DNA of 64,000 nt from Myxococcota bacterium. GTDB lineage: Bacteria; Myxococcota_A; UBA796; SXON01. The position numbers and the translations under genes are program-made. This document shows positions 27,048 through 38,585 of the stretch, piece by piece. The notes below the pieces were generated by a model. That model had not been told where the DNA came from, made no database searches, and saw nothing but the letters and a program-made list of their open reading frames with translations. The stretch is from positions 9,191 to 73,190 of the forward strand of contig JAZKFH010000084.1 in NCBI GenBank assembly GCA_040386535.1, written 5' to 3'. Every line of letters begins with the position of its first letter. The stretch's first letter is position 1.

Positions 27048-28097
27048 ATGTCCCGGCGCTTGTTCTGTAAATCCGCGGCGTGCGCGCTTCTCGTAGCGGC
27101 CGCGCTCCCAACCCAGGCCCAGGCACAGGCCGAGAAGAAACCAAATGTCTTGTTCATCATGGCCGACGATGTCGGCTGGATGCAACTCGGGGCATATCAC
27201 CAGGGGCTCATGAGCTCCGAGACGCCCAACCCGGCCCGGATGCACGTGGTCACCCAGCTCTCTCCCAAGTACGAGAGCATGTTGGGGGTGAAGGGAGGGA
27301 AGGATTGGGGCGTGCAGGAAGCGGGCATGAAGCAGCTCGACGACAACGTCGGTGTCGTCCTGCAGAAGCTCGAGCAGCTCGGGGTGCTGGATAACACCCT
27401 CATCGTGTTCACCACCGACAACGGGGCAGAGGTCATCACGTGGCCGGACGGGGGCTCCACCCCGTTCCGGGGGCAGAAGGGAGGGGCCTGGGAGGGCGGC
27501 TACCGCGTGCCGATGATCGCGCGTTGGCCGGGACACATCAAGCCGGGGCAGGTGAGCGCCGAGTTCATGGTGGCCTTGGATTGGGTGCCGACACTCGTGA
27601 ACATCGCGGGGGGCCCCAAGGGGGACCAGCTGAAGAGCACCATCGAAGCCGGGAAGTATCCCGGGTTCACGAAGACGACGCTCGACGGCTACGACCAGCG
27701 TGACATGTTGGAGGGCAAGTCCCGGTCGGCACGGGAAACCTTCTTCTACTACTCGGGCGCGACCCTCTCCGCGGTCCGTTGGAAGAATTGGAAGTTCCTC
27801 TACCAGATGCCCGCCTCCGGCGCGACGGCGTGGATCGAACCGCTCGTCAAGTACAACTTCACCCTGATCGAGAACCTCAAGCGTGACCCGTTCGAGGCCG
27901 CGACCAACAACGAGAAGTCCGCGCTCTACTACGGCGACTTCTTCCAGTACGACTGGAACCTGCTGCCAATCGGCCAGAAGCTCGCGCTGCAGCACCTGAT
28001 GACGTTCAAGCAGTATCCGCCGATGCAGAACCCGGCGTCCTACAACCTCGACGCGGTGATGGAGCAGATCCGCAACCAACCCGCGAAGGGCGAGTAG
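27048..28097 (+). pseudogene. Arylsulfatase with apparent large in-frame internal deletion (no CxxxR site)
   Basis: KPNVLFIMADDVG...ETPN joins directly to PARMH; FTTDNG, GQKG..WEGGYRVP present; only 349 aa. Confidence 0.75.
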
Positions 28098-28100
28098 GTC

Positions 28101-29084
28101 GTGCGCGCTCCGTGGCACGTCGCGTCGTGTTTGTGCGCGCTGGGGTGCGCCACGGAGCCGGAGTGTCCGTCCGGGATGGCCTTCGTTCCGGGCGGAACCT
28201 TCCGCTTCGGCGCGAATGACACCTACGCCGAGGAGCGCGCCGCCGAACAGGTGCGCGTCGAGGCGCTCTGCATCGGTGTGCACGAGGTGACCAACGCCGA
28301 GTTCCGGCGGTTCGTGGAGGCGACCGGCTACGTCACGATCGCGGAGCGGGAGCTCCCGAGCGACGCGTTCGGCTCGCTGCCGCGCGAGCTCCGGGCGGCG
28401 GGGGCGATGGTCTTCCGGCCCGTCCCCGCTGGCCAGCCCGTCCCGGAGCTCGGCTGGTGGCATTGGGTGCCGGGCGCGAGCTGGCGGTTTCCGGGCGGTC
28501 CGGCGACCACGCTCGACGGCCTGGACGCCCACCCCGTCGTCCAGGTGGCGTTCGAGGACGCCGTCGCGTTCGCGCGCTGGTCCGGCGGATCGCTGCCCAC
28601 CGAGGCACAGTGGGAGTACGCGGCGCGCGGCGGGTTGGACGGCGCGGCTTATCCATGGGGAGACGCGTACGTGCCCGGCCGACACAACGTCTGGCAGGGC
28701 GCGTTCCCGTGGGCGAACACCCGCGAGGATGGGTTCGAGGGGACCGCGCCCGTGGGCTCGTTCGCGCCCAACGGATTCGGGCTCTACGACATGACCGGGA
28801 ACGTCTGGGAGTGGACCTCGGACTGGTATCGGCCCGGTCATGACGGCGCCGGCGGTCGCGTGGATCCGTCGCTGACCGATGTCACGGCGGCGTACGACCC
28901 AAGTGAGCCCTCCGTCGCCAAACACGTCGTCAAGGGTGGCTCGTTCCTGTGCTCGCCCGATTATTGTGGGCGCTACCGCCCCGCTGCACGGCAGCCGCAG
29001 GAGCCCGACACGGGCATGTCCCACATCGGCTTCCGCATCGTGCGCGCGCCGGTCCCAGCTACCAATTCAGGAGGCATGCCATGA
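28101..29084 (+). CDS. Formylglycine-generating enzyme family protein
   Basis: HEVTNAEF, HPVVQV, LPTEAQWEYAARGG, GLYDMTGNVWEW, KGGSFLCSPDYCGRYRPAAR, HIGFR. Confidence 0.93.
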   Translation: MRAPWHVASCLCALGCATEPECPSGMAFVPGGTFRFGANDTYAEERAAEQVRVEALCIGVHEVTNAEFRRFVEATGYVTIAERELPSDAFGSLPRELRAAGAMVFRPVPAGQPVPELGWWHWVPGASWRFPGGPATTLDGLDAHPVVQVAFEDAVAFARWSGGSLPTEAQWEYAARGGLDGAAYPWGDAYVPGRHNVWQGAFPWANTREDGFEGTAPVGSFAPNGFGLYDMTGNVWEWTSDWYRPGHDGAGGRVDPSLTDVTAAYDPSEPSVAKHVVKGGSFLCSPDYCGRYRPAARQPQEPDTGMSHIGFRIVRAPVPATNSGGMP

Positions 29085-30118
29085 GCAATCTCTTCTCGGG
29101 AGCCGTCGGAACCTTGCTGGCGCTCGCGGTCGCGTGCTCGGCGCCGGTCGCTTTCGCGCAAGCCGAGCCGCTGCCTTCCTGGAACGACGGCCCTGCCCGA
29201 CAAGCGATCCTCGACTTCGTCCAGCAGACGACCGATCCGGCCAGCCCGCGCTTCGTGCCACCCGACGCGCGTGTCGCCACGTTCGACCAGGACGGAACGC
29301 TCTGGGTGGAACACCCGATGTACGCGCAGGTGGCCTACTGCCTGGATCAGGTGCCCAGGCTCGTCGCGGCCAAACCCGAGCTCGCGAACGAGGAGCCGTT
29401 CAAGACGGTGTTGACAGGGAACGCAAAGGCGATCGAGGCCCTCTCGAAGCAGGATTTGGAGAAGGTCTTCGGGGCGACCCTGTCCGGAATGACTGTGGAC
29501 ACGTTCACGGCCGAGGTGCGAAGCTGGCTGTCGACCGCGCGGGATCCCCGCTGGAAGCGGGCGTACACCGAGCTCGCCTTCGCGCCGATGCTCGAGCTGC
29601 TCGATTACCTTCGGACGAGCGGCTACGAGACGTACATCGTCACCGGCGGTGGGCAGGACTTCGTCCGCGTCTACTCCGAGCAGGTGTATGGGGTCCCCGT
29701 CGACCACGTCGTCGGGAGCGCGGCCGAGACCCGGTTTGGGTACGGCGAGGACGGCAAGCCCACACTCACCAAGGAGCCCCGTCTGCTCTTCGATGACGAC
29801 GCCACCGGAAAACCCGAGGCCATCCACCTGGTCATCGGCCGTCGCCCCGCCCTGGCGGTCGGCAACTCGACGGGCGACCAACAGATGCTCGAGTACACGT
29901 CCGCGGGGGACGGCGGACGCCTGTCGCTGCTCGTGCTCCACGACGACGCCGTGCGGGAGTACGCCTACGGGCCGGCGCAGGGGCTGCCCGACACGAAGGT
30001 CGGCACGTTCCCCACCGCGCTCTACGACGAGGCGCAACAGCAGGGGTGGATCGTGGTGAGCATGAAGGACGACTGGAACCGCATCTTCGCCTGGGAGTCC
30101 GCGCCGGGGACGCAATGA
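29081..30118 (+). CDS. Secreted HAD-family hydrolase
   Basis: PLPSWNDG, FDQDGTLW, YIVTGG, GNSTGD, LHDDAVREYAY. Confidence 0.9.
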   Translation: MSNLFSGAVGTLLALAVACSAPVAFAQAEPLPSWNDGPARQAILDFVQQTTDPASPRFVPPDARVATFDQDGTLWVEHPMYAQVAYCLDQVPRLVAAKPELANEEPFKTVLTGNAKAIEALSKQDLEKVFGATLSGMTVDTFTAEVRSWLSTARDPRWKRAYTELAFAPMLELLDYLRTSGYETYIVTGGGQDFVRVYSEQVYGVPVDHVVGSAAETRFGYGEDGKPTLTKEPRLLFDDDATGKPEAIHLVIGRRPALAVGNSTGDQQMLEYTSAGDGGRLSLLVLHDDAVREYAYGPAQGLPDTKVGTFPTALYDEAQQQGWIVVSMKDDWNRIFAWESAPGTQ

Positions 30119-30146
30119 CGCGTCGCGCCGCTCACGCGCGCTCTGC

Positions 30147-31313
30147 TCACCGGACGTCCGGATAGTCAGCCTCGATCTTGTCCAGCGTGTGCGCAGTCTC
30201 GTTGACCGTGCGGCGCGAGATCATGGCATCGAAGTCGAACCAACCGAAGCCGCGGAGCGAGGTCGCGTTGGCCCCCGCGCCGCCTCGGAGCTGGAGATCG
30301 CGGGCGGTGGACGTGTAGGCGTCGTCGGGGAAGTCCGAGGCCTGGAGGCCGTAGTCCCGCTCCGCCGCCGTCGTCACGACGGTGGAGAGGTGACAGCCCA
30401 CGCACGAGAGTTGGTCCGGGACGTAGACCGCGGGGTTGTCCACCCGGAGGTACGAGGCCATCGTCGCCTGGCGCTCGGCGTCCGTCGCGGCGGCCATCGC
30501 CTCGGTCGAGAAGAAGGCGCGGCCGTCCTCCGGGGAGGCGCCCGGCGGGTTGACATCGTAGGCGAAGGTGGTGCCCGTCTCGGTCAGGAGCACCTGCTGG
30601 ATGGAATCGGCCACCCCCTCGATGTCGAGCGTGGTCATCACCCCCTCCTCCACCTCGAAGCCGCCCATGAACCAATTCGGAGTGGTCGACGGCGCGCGCA
30701 GGAAGAAGGTCACTCGCCGCAGGCGATCCTCCCCCGTCAGGCCCAACACCACCTCGCGGAGCGCGGCGCCATACGCCCCGCCCACCCCCTGCGCAACGAG
30801 CGAGGGATGCACGTCCAGCGGCGCGTCCACCGCGGTCTCCGGCTCCAGCGCGCGCAGCTCCCGCAGCGCCGCGACCGCCGCGTCGAAGTCGTCGATGGCG
30901 TAGAACAGGTGCAGCGCGGAGTCCGCGGCGCGGCCGTCCTCGGCGATCGGCTGCATGACGAGCCGCACCTCGGGGCGACAGTCGTCCGGCGTACCGCCGC
31001 AAGCGTCGAAGCGGAGCGAGACCACCCGCAGCAGGCGGAGCACGAGCGTCTCGTCTGTAGTGGCGGGGAAGGTGGGGATCTGGAGGAACAGCTCCCGCGG
31101 AAAGAGCGTGCCGTACGCGCCGTCGTCGGAGGCGCGGAGGTGGTTCGGATCCTCGGAGGTCGCTGGCAGCGGGTAGAGCACTGATATGTCGCTCATGCTC
31201 AGGAGGACCGGGGTGTGCCCATCTGTGTCCTTGGCAGGTTCGGCGCCCGGTTGACAGGCGCTCCCCCAAAGCAGGCCGAATGACAGGGAGAGGTGCTTGG
31301 GCGAGCGAGGCAT
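30147..31313 (-). CDS. Putative iron-regulated lipoprotein with one CxxCH motif
   Basis: GSAC lipobox-like; SCVGCH; Fur-like box directly upstream. Confidence 0.75.
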   Translation of the reverse strand: MPRSPKHLSLSFGLLWGSACQPGAEPAKDTDGHTPVLLSMSDISVLYPLPATSEDPNHLRASDDGAYGTLFPRELFLQIPTFPATTDETLVLRLLRVVSLRFDACGGTPDDCRPEVRLVMQPIAEDGRAADSALHLFYAIDDFDAAVAALRELRALEPETAVDAPLDVHPSLVAQGVGGAYGAALREVVLGLTGEDRLRRVTFFLRAPSTTPNWFMGGFEVEEGVMTTLDIEGVADSIQQVLLTETGTTFAYDVNPPGASPEDGRAFFSTEAMAAATDAERQATMASYLRVDNPAVYVPDQLSCVGCHLSTVVTTAAERDYGLQASDFPDDAYTSTARDLQLRGGAGANATSLRGFGWFDFDAMISRRTVNETAHTLDKIEADYPDVR

Positions 31314-31329
31314 GCGGGTCCGACCTGTT

Positions 31330-31375
31330 GATAATGAGTTTCATTTTCATTATCGCTCGACCCCGAGGTTGTCAA
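31330..31375 (-). promoter_or_regulatory. Fur-like box overlapping a sigma70-type promoter
   Basis: GATAATGAGTTTCATTTTCATTATC at 31330-31354 (15/19 to GATAATGATAATCATTATC); TTGACA on the minus strand at 31375-31370. Confidence 0.8.
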
Positions 31376-31430
31376 TGCCCGTCCCCGGGGCACCCAGCTC
31401 GGCGTGGATCATGCCGTGCGCCGCCCGCCC

Positions 31431-32051
31431 TCACCCCACCCGACAGACCACATTGATGAACGGAAGCGAACCGCCGCCGCCCGCCGCCTCGTCGATCTCG
31501 ACCAGCTCGATCGCGCCGTGTTTCCCGAACTCCCGCCCGATCGACTCGGCGTCGTAGAAGAACATCTTCACGCCCGGATGCACCTCGTACCAGTCGTCTC
31601 CGAGTTTGGGCCCCTGGCCGAACATCGGGGCCGTCTTCGCGATGACGGTGAAGATCATGACGCCGCCCTTCCGCAGCTGGCGGTGGCAGTCCTCGAGCAG
31701 CTTCGCGCGTGCGGGCGCGTCGAGCAGGTAGAGCAGGCCGTACGAGAAGATGCCGTCGTAGTGCTGATTGTCGTACGGCATGTCGGTCACGGAGCCGTGG
31801 TGGATCGGGATGTCCAGACCCATTTGCGAGCGTGCCAGGCCGATCGCCGTCTGGGAGATCTCGATCCCCGTCACGGACATCCCGTGCTCGAGAAACGGCT
31901 TTGCGTTCCGACCGTACCCAAGCCCCGGAACGAGGACATCCTTCACGCCGATCCGCGCGAAGGTGTCCCGCGCGAAGAGGGCCGAACGGCTCGGCTCCTT
32001 GCCCCACATCATCTGGTTCTTGGTGAACGCGGTCTCCCACAACTCGGCCAT
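31431..32051 (-). CDS. Class I SAM-dependent methyltransferase
   Basis: [30 protein letters not shown]. Confidence 0.9.
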   Translation of the reverse strand: MAELWETAFTKNQMMWGKEPSRSALFARDTFARIGVKDVLVPGLGYGRNAKPFLEHGMSVTGIEISQTAIGLARSQMGLDIPIHHGSVTDMPYDNQHYDGIFSYGLLYLLDAPARAKLLEDCHRQLRKGGVMIFTVIAKTAPMFGQGPKLGDDWYEVHPGVKMFFYDAESIGREFGKHGAIELVEIDEAAGGGGSLPFINVVCRVG

Positions 32052-32183
32052 GTCGTGCGCCTCTCCTCACGTTCGTAGCTGGGTGCGCCGGGCGTGGCGA
32101 GGGCGCAGTTTTCGCTCCGAGCGGCGTCGCTTTCGATTCGGGGCCGCTGCGATTCGAGCCCGCCGCCGCGCTACGTCGGGCGG

Positions 32184-33314
32184 ATGCGCTACCACGCCGA
32201 TCCCTTCGCCCGCTCCGTCGCCACCTCCGTCCTCGCGTGCACGCCCGCGGGCGGCGGGTGGGACGTGACCCTGACCGACACCGTGCTCTACCCGGAAGGC
32301 GGCGGCCAACCGGACGATCACGGCACGGTCGCGGGCCAGCGCGTGCTCGGGCTCCGCAAGGAGGGCGGCGCCGTCGTGCATCGGCTCGCGGCACCCGTGG
32401 AGGGCGCCGTCACCGTCGAGGTGGACTGGGCGCGGCGCTTCGACCACATGCAGCAGCACTCCGGGCAGCACCTGCTCTCCGCCATCGCCCACGATCGCTT
32501 CGGGCTCCCGACGACCGCGTTCCACCTCGGCGCGGAGCGGTGCGCCATCGAGGTAGACGGCGACGGCGAGGTGGTCGCCGACACGCTCTCAGAGCTCGAG
32601 GCCGCGGTGAACGAGGCCATCCGGGACGACCGCCCCGTGCACGTGCGCGAGGTGACGGTCGCGGAGATGGCGGCGCTCCCCGTGCGCACCCGCGGCCTGC
32701 CCGAGGGGTTCGTCGGCAGCGTGCGGCTCGTCGAGATCGCCGGCATCGACCTGAACACCTGCGGCGGCACCCACGTCGATCGCACCGGCCGCCTCCAGGC
32801 GATCAAGCTCCTCGGTGTCGAGCGGATGAAGCGGGGCACGCGCATCCCGTTCGTCGCAGGTGGCCGCGTGCTCGGGCTCCTCGGCGACACGCTCGCCCGC
32901 GAGGCCGCGCTCGTCCGCCTCCTGTCGTGCCCGCCCACCGAGCACGCCACCAGCGTGGCCCGCGCCCTCGACGAGACCCGGGCCTGGGCCAAGGCCGCCC
33001 GCGCCCTCTCCGCCGAGCTCGCCCACGCCATCGGCGGCGCGCTCCTCCCCACCGGCGACACCCTGCGCTGGCACCGCGACGACGCCGATCCCGCCTTCCT
33101 CAACGCCGTCGCCGACGCCGTCCGCGCCCGGTTCCCCGAGGTGGTGTGCGTCCTCACCGGTGGCGTGCGCGAGGGCGTGTTCCTCGTGGCGGGGCCCGAC
33201 GCGCGGGTGGCGGCGCTCGGCCCCAAGGTGGCGGCCACGTTCGAGGGCCGGGGCGGCGGCGCGCGGGGCAAGTTCCAGGGCAAGGCGGCACGGGTGGACC
33301 GGCCGCTCGACTGA
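32184..33314 (+). CDS. alaX: Alanyl-tRNA editing protein (AlaX family) with DHHA1-like tail
   Basis: YPEGGGQPDDHG, MQQHSGQHLL, CGGTH, GRGGG. Confidence 0.9.
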   Translation: MRYHADPFARSVATSVLACTPAGGGWDVTLTDTVLYPEGGGQPDDHGTVAGQRVLGLRKEGGAVVHRLAAPVEGAVTVEVDWARRFDHMQQHSGQHLLSAIAHDRFGLPTTAFHLGAERCAIEVDGDGEVVADTLSELEAAVNEAIRDDRPVHVREVTVAEMAALPVRTRGLPEGFVGSVRLVEIAGIDLNTCGGTHVDRTGRLQAIKLLGVERMKRGTRIPFVAGGRVLGLLGDTLAREAALVRLLSCPPTEHATSVARALDETRAWAKAARALSAELAHAIGGALLPTGDTLRWHRDDADPAFLNAVADAVRARFPEVVCVLTGGVREGVFLVAGPDARVAALGPKVAATFEGRGGGARGKFQGKAARVDRPLD

Positions 33315-33318
33315 CGGT

Positions 33319-33454
33319 GGGCGGCGCCCCGCCCGGAGCGGCGGGGCCGGGTGTCCTGCGGGCTCGCGGCAGAGCCGCTCGGTCGGCCGCGCCCGAGCCC
33401 GCGGCCGGACCGGACCGCCGCGGCGGCGGCCCGCCCTCCGGCCCCCCTGCCGCG
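33319..33454 (+). repeat. Family A intergenic repeat
   Basis: 33426-33454 is identical (29 nt) to 63508-63536; shared GCGGGGCCGGGTGTCCT. Confidence 0.8.
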
Positions 33455-33488
33455 CATGCGGAGGGCACGGTTGTGCCACACTGGGGCG

Positions 33489-34912
33489 ATGCGCCACTTC
33501 CGCCTCGCGAAACCTGCCTCCCTGCTGCTTCCCCTGCTCCTCGTCGGCTGTGCCGGTGGCGCGGGGGACACCGGCGGGGCCGCGGACTCCGGGAGCGCTG
33601 CGGACGCCGACACGGACACCGACACGGACACAGACACCGACACCGACACCGATACGGACACGGACACCGACACCGGGTGTTCGGAGCCGACGAACTGGTA
33701 CGCGGACGCGGACGGCGACGGGTTCGGCAACGACGACGTTGTGGTGGCCTCGTGCGACCCCGTCGGTGGCTACGTCGCGGAGCCGGGAGACTGTGACGAT
33801 GCCGCGGCCGCCGTGAACCCGATGGCGGCCGAGGTGGGGTGCAACGGCGTGGACGACAACTGCGACGGGGTGAGCGGCTGCCGCATGAGCGGGACCTACG
33901 GAGAGGCCGAGGGGGCGCTCCGGTTCTACGGCCCCGACATCGAGAAGGAGATGGAGAAGCTCTCGTCAGCCGTGGCCGGCGACTTCGACGGGGATGGCAG
34001 CGACGACCTCGCGCTCGGGAATCCCTGGCTGCTCAGCGGGTCTGGCCGTCCGGGGCAGGTGGGCCTCTGGTACGGCCCCGTCACTGCGGGTGGCACCCTC
34101 GACGACGCGGACGAGCGGATCTCGGGCTCGGGGAGGGTGGACGGGGTCGGCCTGCACATGGCGGCGGGTGATCTCGACGGGGATGGTGCCGACGAGCTCA
34201 TCGTCGTCGGCGCGGACCAGGGCGGCCGCATGTGGCTCTTCTACGGCGGCACGCGGGGCGGCGACCGCATGAGCGACGAGGCGGCGGCCGCCTGGTTCGG
34301 CGACGGCGAGACGTACGAGAACCTCGGGTCGGCCGCCTCGGCGGGTGACCTCGACGGGGACGGCTTCGACGACTTCGTCGTCACCGGGGTGTACTCGGCG
34401 CTGGCCTTCGAGGACGGAGGCGCGGCGTGGCTCGTGTACGGCGGCGCCGCGCGCCGCTCGGGCGCCGCGCTCACCTACGCGGACGTGGACGCGATCGTGG
34501 GCGGCACGGCGGAGGGCGAGGGCCTCGGCGAGAGCGCCGCGGTGGTCCCGGACGTGAATGGCGACGGCATCGCCGACCTCGTCCTCAACACGGAACGGGA
34601 GCTGGGGTACCTCGGGTGTCGGTGGCCTCGCCCGGGGATCTCGACGGCGACGGCTTCGATGAGATCTCCGTCGGCGCGCCGTACGCCGACTTCGAGGGCC
34701 ACCTCGGCAGGGTCTCCGTCTTTTACGGCCCGCTCTCGGGGAGCATCCCGTTCACCACGGCCAACGCCACGCTCGGCGGCGATCGGCACACGTTTGTCGG
34801 GGGCGCCATCGCGTCCGGCGCGCACGATCTCACCGGTGACGGGTTGCTGGACGTGGTGAGCGTCTCCTTCCGGATCAACTCCGTCTACCTGTGGCCCGGG
34901 ACCGACGAGTAA
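33489..34912 (+). pseudogene. Lipoprotein with DT repeats, metal-binding motif and FG-GAP repeats; frameshift near 34615
   Basis: LVGC lipobox; WYADADGDGFG..DCDD..CNGVDDNCDG; GDLDGDG repeats continue in another frame after GYLG. Confidence 0.75.
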
Positions 34913-34941
34913 CGCCGGAAGTGTTCACCACGCGTGAACAC
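34913..34941. promoter_or_regulatory. Palindrome GTGTTCAC-N5-GTGAACAC (operator or element end)
   Basis: Perfect 8-bp arms; inverted near-copy at 38283-38311. Confidence 0.5.
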
Positions 34942-35007
34942 GTAGGTCGAGCGCGGCGACGACGCCCGGGGCCCTTCACCTTACTTGCGGGGCCCCGGGA
35001 TCCAATC

Positions 35008-35865
35008 ATGTTGTTCACGTTGTTGTCCTCCTTGTACGCGGTTGCCATCTTCGGCCTCCCGGCACTTGCCCTCTGGGGTGCGCTCCAACTCGCGCAGGGG
35101 AACACGCTCGTCGAGATCGTGGTGCTCGCTTTTGCTCCGATCGCCTACGCGCTCGGCTCCGGCGTCGTCGCGGGGGTGCTGAGCCGATTTCACCGCGCGC
35201 ACGTCGTGGCAGGCAAGTTCTCCCGAGATCTTGCCAGCCGCCCCTACATGCACCGCCGCCTGTACGGGCTCTGCTGGACAGCCGTGTATTACTTCACCCC
35301 CGCCTACTTCCTCTGGCTCTCCCTGCCCGGGGGGAAACACGCCTTGTTCCGGCTGTTCGGATATCGCGGCCAGACCGCGTTCACGACCTATCCGGACACC
35401 TGGGTTCGGGATCTGCCGCTGCTTGTGCTCGGGCGGGGCGCCTACCTCTCCAATCGTGCGACCATCGGCACCAACATCGTCCTGATGGGCGGGGAGATCC
35501 TCGTGGATTCGATCGAGGTCGGCGCCGACGCGATCGTGGGGCACTTGGCGATGTTGGCCCCGGGTGTGGTCGTGGGCGCTCGGGCCGAGATCGGCGTGGG
35601 CTGCGCGATCGGCATCAAGGTGACGATTGGAGAGGGCGCCCAATTCGGGCCAAACTGCTCCATCGAGCACGGCGCGGTGATCGGCGCCAATGCTCGCGTG
35701 GGGGTGTTGACCTTCGTCGGCTCCGGCTCCGTGGTGGGTGCGGGCGTGGTCCTGCCCCCCCGCACGTTCGTTCCGCGCCGCACGAAGCTGCTCACCCAGG
35801 CGGACGCGGACGCCCTCATCGCGGGCGCTGCGGGCGTGGGCGTTTCCGCTCGGTCCGCGGGGTAG
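35008..35865 (+). CDS. Membrane-anchored left-handed beta-helix (hexapeptide repeat) protein, acyltransferase-like
   Basis: N-terminal TM helices; VGADAIVG/VGARAEIG/IGEGAQFG/IGANARVG repeats. Confidence 0.8.
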   Translation: MLFTLLSSLYAVAIFGLPALALWGALQLAQGNTLVEIVVLAFAPIAYALGSGVVAGVLSRFHRAHVVAGKFSRDLASRPYMHRRLYGLCWTAVYYFTPAYFLWLSLPGGKHALFRLFGYRGQTAFTTYPDTWVRDLPLLVLGRGAYLSNRATIGTNIVLMGGEILVDSIEVGADAIVGHLAMLAPGVVVGARAEIGVGCAIGIKVTIGEGAQFGPNCSIEHGAVIGANARVGVLTFVGSGSVVGAGVVLPPRTFVPRRTKLLTQADADALIAGAAGVGVSARSAG

Positions 35866-35886
35866 CCGTCGCTCTTGGGCGCTCGT

Positions 35887-38187
<2,301 letters not shown>

Positions 38188-38282
38188 GAAGGCTCCAGGA
38201 TGACGTTCACACCCACCGAAGCCCGGCGGGGTTCCTCCCGTAGCGTGCGTGTCTCGACGCGTCGCTGCCACGCGCGCGTTGA

Positions 38283-38311
38283 GCGTTCACGCGGTGTGAA
38301 CACTTTCGGCG
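38283..38311. promoter_or_regulatory. Inverted near-copy of the 34913 palindrome
   Basis: Reverse complement CGCCGAAAGTGTTCACACCGCGTGAACGC vs CGCCGGAAGTGTTCACCACGCGTGAACAC. Confidence 0.5.
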
Positions 38312-38346
38312 GGCGGTGGAGGCTGGCGGCGCGGCGCTCGGGAAAC

Positions 38347-38536
38347 GGGGTCATGTGCCCGCGAACGCACGTTTGGGCGAGTCATGTGCCCGTGAGTGAG
38401 CAGAACGCCACCTCCGACGGCCCGCGCTTTCGAAAAATCATGCTTCGTCCGTAGCGGCCATCCCGAGAAGGGGTGAGAAACGGCGTTCGGGGTGACATGG
38501 CTTCCAAATCGCTTCATTCACGGGGGCATGGGTCCC
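38347..38536. repeat. Four-site CATG element (family B), copy 2
   Basis: CATG cores at 38352, 38383, 38496, 38527. Confidence 0.8.
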
Positions 38537-38585
38537 GCGTCGCGGACGCGCCGCTGTGAACGCCGCCCTTCGCCAGCCCGGACGC

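Noticed and set aside
28101..29084. FGE-fold gene as a diversity-generating retroelement target
   Set aside because: It has the catalytic Cys pair, sits in a sulfatase operon, and there is no template repeat or RT
33606..33672. GACACC/GACACG hexamer runs (also ~11740 and ~49245-49345) as contingency loci
   Set aside because: In-frame, synonymously varied Asp-Thr linkers typical of these lipoproteins
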